From: Oculina patagonica
Lineage: Eukaryota
Direction: 5' to 3'
Assembly: GCF_052425735.1 (NCBI RefSeq)
Contig: NC_135765.1
Coordinates: 23,312,001 to 23,376,000 of the forward strand
Length of the DNA: 64,000 nucleotides
Shown here: positions 46,089-58,656 of the stretch, in pieces
How the letters are laid out: each line of letters opens with the position of its first letter
How positions within the stretch are numbered: position 1 is the first letter of the stretch
Program-made: the position numbers and the translations under genes
Notes under the pieces: model-generated
What the model was told of the DNA's origin: nothing
Databases searched by the model: none
What the model saw: the letters and a program-made list of their open reading frames with translations, nothing else

Positions 46089-49000
46089 TACTGGTATTTT
46101 TGAGACGTAGCTTTCCTTATAACTGTTTTTGTTTGTAATAGTTCATAAAAAATACAATTAGACATTTGTCATGGTGAATATATGCAGGCAGAAAACCTCA
46201 CCTTTTAAATAACTGTATGGCAGGATTTTAAAAACATTTTATTGATTTTGTGTTACAGGAGTCGGACATTGCACACCCGTCTCAATCGACCAGAGTTCGT
46301 CTAGGACGAGATAAGAGAGTGTGAAATGGGAAAGCCTTTGTTCCCGAGGTACGCGTAAAAGAAATATGTTTTCTCTTTCTTCATTATTTACACCTTCTCT
46401 TTCTTCATTATTTACACTAACCAATCACGGGCAGCATTCGCACTAGGCCCAAAATGTGTTTAGTCGGAGTACAAACTGAAACATGTTCTGACTGCTTAAA
46501 AGTGATTATAAAGATTTGATGCTTGTGCTGTAATACAGCGTAAATTCTAAAATCATAAATAGCACATTTCTGGAAAAGAACAACTAGCGTGAACAATACA
46601 AGTACAGAAACGTAGAGGTTAAACGGTTTCCTTATAAACATGTTTCAGTGATTGGAAATGCTGTTTAATACTTTGAATTGATTGAAGCGTTTTTATTTTT
46701 CCATCTCTCTCCCAGCGATTATTTGTACCAAGAACGTTTTTGCACTAGCATCTTATGCCAAAAGGACAGAAGAGATTTTCACTTAATCTTTGACAACTCA
46801 TTTTATTTTGAGCTCTTTGGAAAGGTAGAGGGTATTACAAATGATTATTTCAACAGTACAAAGGTAAAACGGGCAAAGACTAGACTACAACACCGGGAAC
46901 ATCGTGTCCTATTCTTTACGGTAATTTGTCCCTGTTCAACAGAAGCAATTAAAAACTTATGTTGCCTTTTCACCGTTTCTGCCACAGGTTCAAAAACGGG
47001 ATCAAACCGCTCCCTATCTGCGGAGGCTACGACCAAGGAGACAATAAGACCAAGAGTTGGTCGTCTCCGTTCATGGCAAAATGTCACCGAAGCCATGATT
47101 TTTATTTGTATTTTTTACTTTTGATTTTTATTTTAACATGATGTGTAAATAAGCAACATCTTTCTGTTTGGTGAGCGGGTAAATATAGTTTAAAATGAGT
47201 AAAAAGTAAAAGAAAAAAACATGAAAATTTCAAAAGAAAAAACAAAAACAATTAAAAAAAAACCTTGAGTTAAACCCTACCCACTAACCGTCTTACCTTT
47301 TAACCCTAAACCGCTAACTCGTAACCCACTAACCCTCTCACCTCTTAACCCAACCCACTAACTCCAATATTCGCTACTGCTAAACCCACTATCACCCAAG
47401 CCTCCCATTTCCCTAAATCTTCATGAATCTTCCATTATCCCAACACCCTTTTTACCAACTTTCCCTATCCCTCAAATTTCCCACTATCCACAAACCTCCC
47501 ACGTTCTTAATCCCCACCATAATCCCCACTACCCTGATCCTTCCATTACCCCAATTCCCACTTTTTCTATTGATAAACTTCCCAATTACCCAAACCCACA
47601 ATAACAGTTTTACAACCCCGTACATGCACGTATGTCCCATTACCCCAACCCTGTATCTACCAATATCTCCTTCCCAAAAATTTCTGACTTGCCCCAACCC
47701 TTACTTTTCCTGAACCCTGCAATTCCCCAAACTCACACAACCATCAATTAACCAATTAGCACTAAGCACTAACTCTACTAACCCTATCCCAAACTCCCTA
47801 ACTTTTCGAACCCTTACTTTTCCTTAACCCTGCAATTCCCAAATTCGCACTACTAGTAACTAACGATAACCACTAACTCTACTAACCACTAACTCTACTA
47901 ACCACTAACTGCCGACCAACAAGAAAAAAAAAAAAATCAACAAAAATAAATTCAAACAAACTAAATAATCATTAAAATACCCAAACGCAAAAGGAAAAAC
48001 AAAACCAAAAGTTTAACAAGTAAAAATATACCAACAATGTTTAGTTTGTACTTGTAAAAAAGAAACAAAAATCCCTTGCAGATCACCTGAAGACAAGCCT
48101 TGTTAAAAATTTCCTTATTGTCTTTAGATGCTTTAGAAGAGATAAAAAAAAAATTAAAAAACAAAATGAAAACAAGCTCATCCAAGCAGAAATGTTGTTG
48201 AAGATATAATTATTCTGGACTATGTAAAACTGGCAAAGATGGATTAAACTGTGCATTCAATTTACAACAATGTTTGTCTAATCTCTTAATCTCTCGCTAT
48301 CTCAGGCTTACCTCATATGTTGCATTCATTTTGTTTAACCCTAAAAAGACCCTATTCAGTCTACGCCATTTTCGAAGCCATCGAAATTGTGAGAACTGTA
48401 TAGCGAAGCGAAATATTTTTGCATTGCTGTAAGTTGTGTTACCGAAGTCCTTTTAATTAGCTTGAGCAGTTTTACATTGATCTCTTTCGTTTAGACAGGC
48501 TCCGCACAACATGTCATACCGAAACTCTCGTATGGAAACAAAACCAAAGGCGTGGCTGACAAGGGTCTTTTAAGGCCGGATGGCATAATGAGAAAACGAG
48601 GGAACATAGTGTCACGCATGCGTAGAAACGAGCGACTTTCTGATGTTTGATTTCTGTGGATCTGGAGGTAACATTATCCTGAATCCACGTGGTGACATTT
48701 TCTTAAAAATCTTTTAAAATGTCAAAGTGGCAGTTTTTGCTGGATCTGGAGTAAAAATTGGGCTTCATCTACTTGGTGGCTTTTCATCACAAGGGCCAGA
48801 AAATCGTCATTTTGAGTGACAAAGTGCCACTTTCGAATTTGGTTCCTGTGGATCTAGAGGGAACATTAGGCTGAATCCACGTGGTGGCATTTTCCTAAAA
48901 AAAAGCCCAAAATGTACATTTCAAGTTTAAAACTGACAGTTTTTGGTGAATGTGGAGTGAAAAAAGTCTTTAAGCACTACCAAGCCTTGTGTTTCCCGCA

Positions 49001-49499
49001 GCCAGCTATCATCACGTCTCAATATTTCCAGAAAAACCTTGTCAACTAGCTCGTTTTACTGAAGTTTCCAAGATACAAAGTGAAAGTAAATCCTTTCAAA
49101 GACCCTAATCTCAAGAAAAGCCCTTGTGTTAGACAAAATAAACTACACGATCAATATAGTGTGCGAAAACAAGAAAAGTAAACAAAATGGGATTTAGTCT
49201 ACAAAAACCTATTAAGAGCCTTCTTACGTTACAGGTACGTGTCAAACATAGCAGCATTAGAATCAAGGACATTTCAGCAAATAAAAGCTGAGCTGATATT
49301 TCAACAAATTCTCCCAACCAGTACTAGATGATAGGTATGAGACCATTACTGAGAATCTGTAACAACCAATTAAAATTTTAAAACATTTAAAACAACCCTG
49401 ATGTACCTAAACTGAAATTGGAAGTGTCCTACTTTAATGTCATAGCTGTTCATTGACTAAACTATCTCCTCACGGCCAGAAAGCAATGACTGAATGCTA

Positions 49500-52400
49500 A
49501 GACAGTTTGGAGGTTTAAATTTGTCTTTTGAAACGTTTTTTTTCTAGATCGAACCCACTACGAAAACAGCACAGAGATCTAAAGAAACAAACAAGAACAG
49601 TGCAAGTGGAACAATTGAAAATGATATCTATTTCTTCGCTGACATTTACGACACGTTTATTATCCAGACCGTCAGGTGATTGTCAGGTCACGAGAATTCT
49701 CAGTATTGATTTCATGGAATTTCATTTCAAGGTCATTCAACTTCCCTTACCAAGCGCACTTTCGCAATTTCCGTGCCAACGTAATCGTGTAAACCGTTTG
49801 TTTAAGTTTGATATCTTAACGAAGAGATCGATCGCTGGAAAATACCCTTGCAGGTAACTGTGCAAAGCAAGCCCCTACTTATTCTCAGACTGTATCAACG
49901 TTCAGCGGAGTCAGTGAAACTGTTCAGGCAAGTAACATTATTTTCGATGTCGTTGCTCGCTAGTTGACGGCGATGTCGTAACTGATAAAATGATTGTTAC
50001 GTTCGATTTCGATTCGATTGTTAAAAAGAGTTTATTCCGTGAAGCGCTCAGCGTACTTGCCCGTGTGATATTTCACGGTGTACAACTTAAAAGCATTGCA
50101 CATAACTCAGATTAACACCTTGCGGGTGATCAGTTAAGCTTGCTCGAAAAAAGAGTAAATCGAAAGTGATTCAACATAGATTGTTGTAGATATTTCCCCT
50201 TTAGTACTTCACCTGTGATCTGCATAAAATCTCAAGTGGAAAGTATTCCTCAGTTCTCTTCGCTGGCAAAACTATCCGACTAAATGGATTAAACAAGAAA
50301 CGAGCAGACACAGTCGTCTATCTAGCTTTGAACAGTCTTTGGTATTTACATATTATTTTGTTCTTATATACAATTATAAATCAGAATATGCCATTGCTGA
50401 CTTCAAATGAGCTTTTAGTGTATTTTGGTGGCTTTTTAGGCATGGCTTACCAAATTCAAAGAGAAATAATAATTAATAATCTCTATTCTGCGGATATGAA
50501 CAGCTAGGATCTCGAGCTTTCGATTTGCGGCAAAATTGTTCGGACGGTTCTCTCATAGATATTCTCCCTTTGTCGCTTTCAGTAACTTATTACCGGTTAA
50601 TGAAGATTAAGATAAAGATGTAGAAAAGTGATTTTCCATATATAGTATGCATTTTGCACTGCAGAACGTCACAGAATCTTAGCAACTTTTGTTCGCATTT
50701 ACTGCTAGTTAAAAGGTCTTTTTCTGTATTATTGATCTTACAATCGGGGACTTATATATGTGCTTTCGACAACCTCAGACAAAAACTTCTTTATCATTTG
50801 CTATTTAAGCCATTCACATCAGTTTTATATCCATGATATCTAAGGTATTCAAATGATTCTCATTTTAACTGCTTAATTCTCGGAATTAAATTCATGGCAG
50901 TGTGATCTTACGATTTACCTATCTTTAAAGCCAGACTACTCAGTAAACAGCAAATTCTAAGGCTTTTCTCTGATCTCTCTCCTCACTAGACAAAGGAACG
51001 GGAGACCGAGTCTCAATTGCCCTGAAACGCATAAAAGGGACCAATGCTAGCGGGAAATAAGTGGCACATGCAGTAAAATGTGTCCTCTTTTTACATCACA
51101 AGTACATTCCTGACTATTCTGTCAAGTCATGAGGCAGATCTCGTAATAATTGAGAATAAAAGAAACCTTTGATTACAGTTTTTAATACTTCCTTTCAAGC
51201 ATAGTTGGTTGCTAGCTTTACTCCTTATCAGGTCTGTTTTGGCAGTGTTTTGTTTTATGTGTTGCATTGTCTAAACAATGTGTCTTGTAACAGGTACACA
51301 TTTATCTCCGTAGGCACTGAACCAGTTCTGTACCAGTCCACGTATGTTCCATTTGACATTGCTCAGCTGAGGTTTGTAGATGTTATTAAGTAGTTTTTTT
51401 GAGCACGCATTTGTAGATGTAGATGTTAGATCCCGTTACGGCTCATGGTGAATAACATTGTTGAAATTCATAACAAATGCTTTAATCTGCTTTGTAGAAA
51501 GACCTTGGTTTTTAATTTAATCTATGGTTTACTTAACGAAGTGCATAAATTTATAAATTAAAATTTGCGAAATGATTAAATTTTATTGCCCGTGCACATC
51601 CCTAAAGTATTAATACTGGTATAAGGTGAAAAATATGCCATACCTTTAAATTTGCATTAATGTAAAAACCTTAAAAGAATCATTGAAATGTGATAAATTT
51701 TACCGCTCAGGCTCTCGTCCTAAATACATTCCAAACAGCATTTTTACAAGTACAAAATCATGGTCCATTTCCGCAACGTTTATAGTGAACTGTTTACGCT
51801 AAATTTGCAGCTTGAGCGAATTATCCCGGGGTCTATGGATTGCAGAATTCTTAAAGTGCCAAAGTTTATACTGTTTAGACAGTCGGATTAATACCGTCCG
51901 ATTGTAGACTAACGCAGTACAGAGCTTTCAGTTTGTCTTAAGAAACAAACATTACTTACAAGTGAAGTACTAGAGATGTTTAAAGAATAAAGAAATCAGT
52001 TCAAGTAGAACAAACGGCGAACCCTTTAAAAAAACTGAGGCCTCTTTGATGGAGTATAATTGACTACCTTCCCTTCAATGAGAGACCAAAATAACGCCGT
52101 TCAATGTGCAGCTTGAGCAAATGATCTCGCGGTCTATGGATTGTAGAATTTTTAAAGTGCCAATGTTTAAACTGTTTGGACGGTCGGAAATACCGTCCAA
52201 TTGTAGACTAAAGCAGTACAGACCTTTCAGTTTGTCTCTAGAAACAAACTTTACTTTCTAGTATTCTCGTAAAGTCCTAGAGAGGTAAGAAGTAAGAAAG
52301 AAGTCCAAGGAGAACAAACTGCGAGTGGAATAATTGTTTTATTGAAAACGCCCTAAGGATTGCAATATTTGAGCTCCCCAGCTGTTTTCGTTGACGCGTA

Positions 52401-54260
52401 TCGGCTACCATATTTGTCGTCAATGGTATATGAGCTCGTATACCATTGTCTTTCAACCAATCAAAACGCAGGAATTGCAATATACCATTGATAGTTTTTA
52501 ATAATAGGTTCTTTGATATTCGGCAAAAGAACTGCACTATGAGACAGTTTGGAGGTTTCAATTTGTATGTCAAAACGTACTTTATCTCGATCATACCCAC
52601 TACGAAAATAATACAAACGTCATACAAGACCAATGCATCTCATGATTCACAACATTCATGACATTCAGATTATCCAGACTGTTATTGTAAGGTCACGATA
52701 AATCTCAGTATTGATTTCACAGAACCCATTACAAGGTCTGAAGGGTCATTTCACTTTCGTACCAAGCACGTACACTGCCGCATTTCCTGCGCCAATTTTG
52801 TTTCAGTTTGGTATCTTAACATCTTAACGAGTAGAGTAATATGTAGAGTATTGTGCAAATCAGGCGGCCTACTTATTTTCAGATCAGCGAATGTTGGATC
52901 TTTTCGCCAGCTTTACGCCTGATCAGGTCTGTGTGTTCTGTTTTATGTGCTGCATTGTTTCAAGGTTTTTGAAAAATGTGTGTTTTAACTGCTATACGTT
53001 TCTCCTCGTAGGTACCGAACCAGTCCACAGATTTTCTATCTGCTCAGCTGAGGTATGTAGCTGATATCAATTAGTTTTTGTGAGCACGCATTTTAAGATG
53101 TAGATGTTAGATCCCGTTGCGTCTGATGGTGAATAACATCGTTGAATTTCATAGCAAATGCTTTAATCTGCTTTTTAGAAAGACATCCTGGTTTTTAAAA
53201 ACAAAAAATTGAATCTTATGGTTTATAACTCCAAAGTAAACGAAGTGCGAGACCAAAATAAAGCCGCTAAATTTGCAGCTTGAGCGAATTATCCCGGGGT
53301 CTATGGATTGCGGAATTCTTAAAGCGCCAAAGTTTATACTGTTTAGACAGTCGGATTAATACCGTCCGAATTCAGCTTTCATTTTGTCTTAAGAAACAAA
53401 CATTACTTACAAGTGAAGTACTAGAGATGTTTAACGAAAAAAGAAATCAGTTCAAGTAGAACAAACGACGAAGCACTCAAAAACTATTTTCGTCGATAAT
53501 TTTCCTAAAACATTCATCACGTGTGTTCTCCAGACTATTGCTGTAAAGTCAAGAGGAATATTCGCTTTCGAAAGGTCATTCAACTTCCTGTGCCTTGTGC
53601 GTGCTCTCTTTAAATTTATTCCCAAATGATTTATTTTTATTTTCGTTGTCATCGCTGTATTAAAACGAGGCAAATTAGGCCATCTAATGTCGGGGCAGAT
53701 ACGACACACAGTATTCGACCTGATTTAGAGGTGTTTGTTCAGTGTTTATAATGGTTAAATATTGTTTTCTTGTCAGGGCGCGCAATGCACAAAAAAGATA
53801 TATGTTTACGTTTGATTAATGATTGCAAAATAGCTTTAATCTTGAAAATAATCCATTGTTGATTTAGCTTACTCGATATAAAAAAAACTAAATCGAAAGA
53901 GATTAATATTGCCGTAGATGTTTCCCTTGAAGAAATTGATCTTTACTTGTGATCTGCATTAAGTCTGAAGTAGAATGTATTCTTCAGATCTTTTCTCTCC
54001 TGCAACAATTGCAATAACCGACTGCATCGACTTGAACATTCTCGAAACATGCCCCTTATTCTATGTAATCAAGCAATTCTTTACACAGCCATCAACTCGA
54101 GATATTTTTAACAGAAACCTCCCTTGTTGTAGTAAATTAAGCTACGAGACAAGCTGAGAGACACAGATTACCCGATATTTTACTGAAAGCAAATAAAGAT
54201 GCTCAAAGTAATCGTGCGGAAACAGGTATTAAATGGGGACATTTTCTCGCTTTGAACAGT
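49500..54260 (+). repeat. Degenerate local duplications of non-coding blocks
   Basis: ~49500-49900 matches ~52540-52890; ~51205-51545 matches ~52905-53245; ~51795-52015 matches ~53265-53470 and ~52095-52255. Confidence 0.8.
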
Positions 54261-54519
54261 CTTTCGTACCATTTTGTTTTGTTCATTTCCTGGTATAGAA
54301 TTCTATTGATTCACTTTGCCTGGTATACAAGTATTCTCAATCACCCGGAGGAAAAGTATCTAAGCACAAAACAGTAATCACTGCAAGCGGAAGACCACAT
54401 AGCAATCCTGTGAGGTCATCAGCCATATCAGTGCTCTAATCTGATAATGGTTAATTTTAGAATGAGGGAAAACTCCCAAAATTAACCTACTGTGTCACGC
54501 GTTAAGTGGCAGTTTCTCT

Positions 54520-55712
54520 CAGGGCGTATGGAGAGAGAGCGTTGAAACAAGCGGGTTCGAGCGGAATAGCCTTGATGCAGAAGCCTGGGTACCAGTTATA
54601 AATTTTTGAGGGTTTTTCTGTTTTTCTCTTTCCCTGCCAATATGGCGGACGCCGATTTCGATATAAAATTACATGCCAATAGAGGTAACAGAAGATTTTC
54701 ACGATAAATCATTTATAAAAGCATCTGAGGAAAAGCATGGAGATGATGTGAGGTTTGAACATGTGGAGGAGAGAGAATTGTCTTATTTAAACCAGTTGTC
54801 GCGGATAGAGGCGGGCAGCGAATGTATAAATATTGAGAGTGCACATCATTGCGGGAAAATGTTTATCCTCTTTGAGCGGTCAACAAGCAAAAGTAATGCC
54901 GTTTCTATCTTCTTATAAAAACATGCATTTCACAGGTTGGCACAGGTTGCAAAGTTTGCAAACCTGTGAACAGGGCGCTTTTAACAAGGTCGTGTGAAAA
55001 TTTGTAACCTATTTACTCGATAATGCTAAAGTTCTGGCATGTCAACTTGGAAGTTTGCATTCTGGCCCTTTCTTATTATGTTCGATCACTTCAGAAATTC
55101 TTATGCACAATATATCTTTTTCAAAATCGCTAAATCTATTTCAAAATCGCGAATTCCCTCGATGTTGTTGACAAGCTTTATGTAAACGTCCATATCATTA
55201 TGAGACCTTTCGATCGCCGTTGTGAAGCTGTCACTTCAGAGGAGTGAAAACCTTGTTAGATCACATATGATCACTCTAAAAAAAATTTTTCACAAATAAA
55301 ATGAATAAAAAACTTTCTAATTTATATTTTAGACGTTTATTATCATTTTCTTTTAACTGGCAAGCATTATTACGAGCTACACGCCAGATTGCTCGACGGC
55401 ACTTATCGACACTACATTAATCTAGCCACAGAAAAAACACAGATGCAAACAACATCAGATAACAACTATCAGCTGAATATGGTCTTTGTCTCCCTTAAGA
55501 CAGAATTAGATATTTATTTTGTTCCTGCATCACTGCGATTTTGTGTTACAAACAAATACATGTGAATTCACCTTTAGCTGTTGCCGGCCATTTTCTTGTT
55601 CAAAACAACTGATTCGAGCGCGGAGAGCGGACTAGTTCCAGTCCCCCTCCGCATCAAGGCTGCGCCAGAGAACATGTACGCCCGTTTCAACGCCCTCTCT
55701 CTATACGCCCTG
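54520..55712. mobile_element. hAT-type non-autonomous element
   Basis: Perfect 8-bp TSD GTTTCTCT (54512-54519 and 55713-55720); ~29-bp TIR cagggcgtat.gagagag.gcgttgaaac. Confidence 0.92.
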
Positions 55713-56050
55713 GTTTCTCTTAAAGCGGTCCATCGCATTTCGGGTCGGAAAAACGTTTTCCCTCAAACTTTGCCCAGTGAACTATCTTAGGTTGTAAGTA
55801 AATGCAACGACTTCATTTTTTGGAAATACGTTAAAATATATTTTTTGGAGCTCTCAACAGTGAAGGCTTCAAAAGGCCTAATTTTGAGCTTGGCCAGAAC
55901 GAGAAATTTCATAAGTTGACGAGCTCGCCGCTCAAAAACAACAAAACGCACCAAATTATTATTATTATTCCTACGTTAAGTGGTCCTTCAAAGGTTGGAA
56001 ACGCATGTTAATTTTGATATATTTTGATTTACGGTTCCGTAAAAATTTAA

Positions 56051-56462
56051 GACGGAATCCACTAGGAAGTCGAGTAATATTTATTAAAGTTGGACAAAAA
56101 TCAATTTCCAGAATAATTTAAATCCTATTGCGTTATTTCCTACCCTTAATAAAAGGTAAAGATGTAAGTAATTATCCGTGATAACACCAACAACAATTTC
56201 TTATCAGAGTCTGAGAAAATGAATTTCAAAGTTCACAAGGTATGGGCAAAATCTCACGTGTTGCCATTTTGTAAATTCGTCTTAAGCGATTCAGTGGAAT
56301 TCAGCGGAACTTCAAAATGTGTTTTCGATGTGTGGTGTTGTTAGAAAAGATTTCTTTCGATAAGATATTTGAAGCAGTAACACAAAAGCTTGCAATCAGG
56401 TGTAAATAGTTTTGGTACATAATTATGTCCAATAACTACTCGAAGTCCTGGCGGATTTCCTC
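56051..56462. mobile_element. TTAA-inserting MITE (Kolobok-like) in the left foldback arm
   Basis: TTAA on both sides; imperfect 26-bp TIR gacggaatccactaggaagtcgagta; absent from the mirror arm. Confidence 0.8.
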
Positions 56463-57648
56463 TTAAATATCAGCAACCATTAGATTGCTTTTTGTAAACA
56501 TGCAAAAGTATGGTGTCTTCGCCGGCCTTTATTTCACGAGTCCAGACCAGAGTATTCTAAATTCCAACTGAATCCTACTAAACAGATGTTAGGAAGCATA
56601 GAAATATAAAAATACCTTGCACTTTTTATCTTCCTTTGCCACAGCGACTTCAAACATTTCGTGCTTATGCGAGTAAGTAAGCTCATTTGCATAATGTGTA
56701 TGAAATACTCGCATAAGCACGAAATGTTCGAAGTCGCTGTGGCAAAGGAAGATAAAAAGTGCAAGGTATTTTTATATTTCTATGCTTCCTAACATCTGTT
56801 TAGTAGGATTCAGTTGGAATTTAGAATAGTCTGGTCTGGACTCGTGAAATAAAGACCAGCCAAGACACCATACTTTTGCATGTTTGCAAAAAGCGATCTA
56901 AGGGTTGCTGATATTTAAATTTTCACGGAACCGTCAATCAAAATATATCAAAATTAACATGCGTTTCCAACCTTTGAAGGACCACTTAACGTAGGAATAA
57001 TAATAATAATAATTTGGTGCGTTTGGTTGTTTTTGAGCGGCGAGCTCGTCAACTTATGAAATTTCTCGTTCTGGCCAAGCTCAAAATTAGGCCCTATTTT
57101 GCAGCCTTCACTGTTGAGAGCTCTAAAAATATATATTTTAACGTATTTCCAAAAACTAAAGTCGTTGCATTTACTTACAACCTAAGATAGTTCACTGGGC
57201 AAAGTTTGAGGGAAAACTTTTTTCCGACCCGAAATGCGATGGACCGCTTAAAGAGAAACTGCCACTTAAGTCGTGGCATAGATGCTCGGTCAATTCGTAA
57301 CGCAAGCGTTTCATCTGCATGTGTCACTGGTCAATGTGGCAATCACTGTTGTAATTGTTGAAAATTTCATTCCATAGGCTACCGATTCATCTCAATCAAG
57401 GTTTTCTGTCTGTTCAGCTGAGGTAAGTATTCGCTATAGGTATACCCCGTAACTTTGTTGACACATTTTAAGAATTATAGATCTTGTGGTGCCTGAAGAA
57501 TGAAATGTTCAAATGTTACAAAATTTAAAATGTTTTTTTTTTGTCCATTTTTGGCAGTCCTCGGAATTTTAGTTGTGCTGACAATATTTGATTTTCTGAC
57601 CAGCTATATAATTAAAATCAGATATTTCTTTTCCCAACGTATTTTCAG

Positions 57649-57717
57649 CCATGGACGAAGGTCAAGCCTCATCATCTTGTGATGAAAAACTTGATTTTGA
57701 CGATGATACTTTCAGAG
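57649..57717 (+). CDS. Mini-exon A (MDEGQASSSCDEKLDFDDDTFR), probable first coding exon of a gene continuing beyond the window
   Basis: ttttcag|ccATGG ... AGAG|gtaaaa, 69 nt; an upstream donor ctgag|gtaagt lies at 57422. Confidence 0.6.
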
Positions 57718-58111
57718 GTAAAAATCCAAACTACAAATAACTTTAAAGTTTATAGATGTGCGATAATTTTTACGTGCCCTGATTGGTTAATAAATTGCAT
57801 GTATCCTTAGAAACCAAACCGTGGCGCGTAAGAGCTTTAAAAGTAGGTACGGAGGGGTGGGGGAAGTAGGATTTTTAATTCGATCCTTTAAGCTTTGCCT
57901 AAGTCAATGACCCTTCAAAGATCCTTCATCCTTATAAGTTGACCCTTATTGGACCTGAAGAAATATTAAATACGCAGTTGAAACTATCGGAAATTAATTG
58001 TAATTGGACAGTTTTCAGAATTAAAAGGATAACAGTTGCACCGACAACATTGGATTTACTGACCAGCTATGTAATTAAAACCAGATATTTATTTTTGTAA
58101 AGATGTTTCAG

Positions 58112-58180
58112 CCATGGACCAAAGTCAAGCTTCATCATCTCCTGGTGGGAAGCTTGATTTTGATGATGATACTTTAAGAG
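58112..58180 (+). CDS. Mini-exon B (MDQSQASSSPGGKLDFDDDTLR)
   Basis: Tandem copy with acceptor, ATG, 69-nt length and donor intact. Confidence 0.6.
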
Positions 58181-58587
58181 GTAAAAAAATAAACAGCAAA
58201 TAACTTTATAAAGTTGTAATAATCTTGAAGTGCCCTTATTAGTTGGAAAATTGCATGTATTGTTATAAAGCAAAACGTGGTGCGTAAGAGCCCACAAGAG
58301 AAAGATGTGCCCCTTCTTTCCCCAAAAGAAAGGAAAGAGGGGTGGGGGGAGTAAGATTTTCCGACATTTCAGGATCAATGATCCTCCAAAGATCCTTCAA
58401 TTCATCCTTACGAGTTGAATCTCATTGGACGTTAAAAAATATTAACTATGCAGTTGAAACTAACTAAAATTAATCGTAATTGGACAGTTCTCGGAAATTG
58501 AAGGATAATAGTTGCGCCGACAATATTGGATTTACAGACCAGCTAGATAATTAAAACCAGATATTTCTTTTCCCAACGATTTTTCAG

Positions 58588-58656
58588 CCATGGACCAAGG
58601 TCAATCCTCGTCATCTTCTGATGGAAAGCTTGATTTTGATGATGATACTTTAAGAG
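58588..58656 (+). CDS. Mini-exon C (MDQGQSSSSSDGKLDFDDDTLR)
   Basis: Tandem copy with acceptor, ATG, 69-nt length and gtgaga donor intact. Confidence 0.6.

Larger units (their letters stand above)
39586..47047 (+). pseudogene. Repeat-protein gene copy B (exons 39586-39642, ~41215-43857, 46259-46348, 46988-47047), inactivated
   Basis: Deletion junction tgctaagatttt|gggtgccctgcaattaac removes exon 2 and the large-exon acceptor; in-frame TAA at 41482; ~1.08-kb insertion at 42299-43377; TGG>TGA at 46322. Confidence 0.85.
38930..48330 (+). repeat. Segmental duplication, copy B
   Basis: Collinear with 27640-36915, with extra insertions and one large deletion. Confidence 0.92.
54506..57265. mobile_element. 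Foldback (almost fully palindromic, ~1.14 kb) TTAA-flanked element carrying two nested insertions
   Basis: TTAA-gtggcagtttctct ... agagaaactgccac-TTAA; arms 55713-56050 vs 56915-57259 and 56463-56675 vs 56706-56918; 30-nt loop. Confidence 0.92.

Noticed and set aside
47423-47713. Pro/Ile-rich ORF and its Gly-rich antisense ORF
   Set aside because: By-products of the G-poor composition; no equivalent ORF in copy A.
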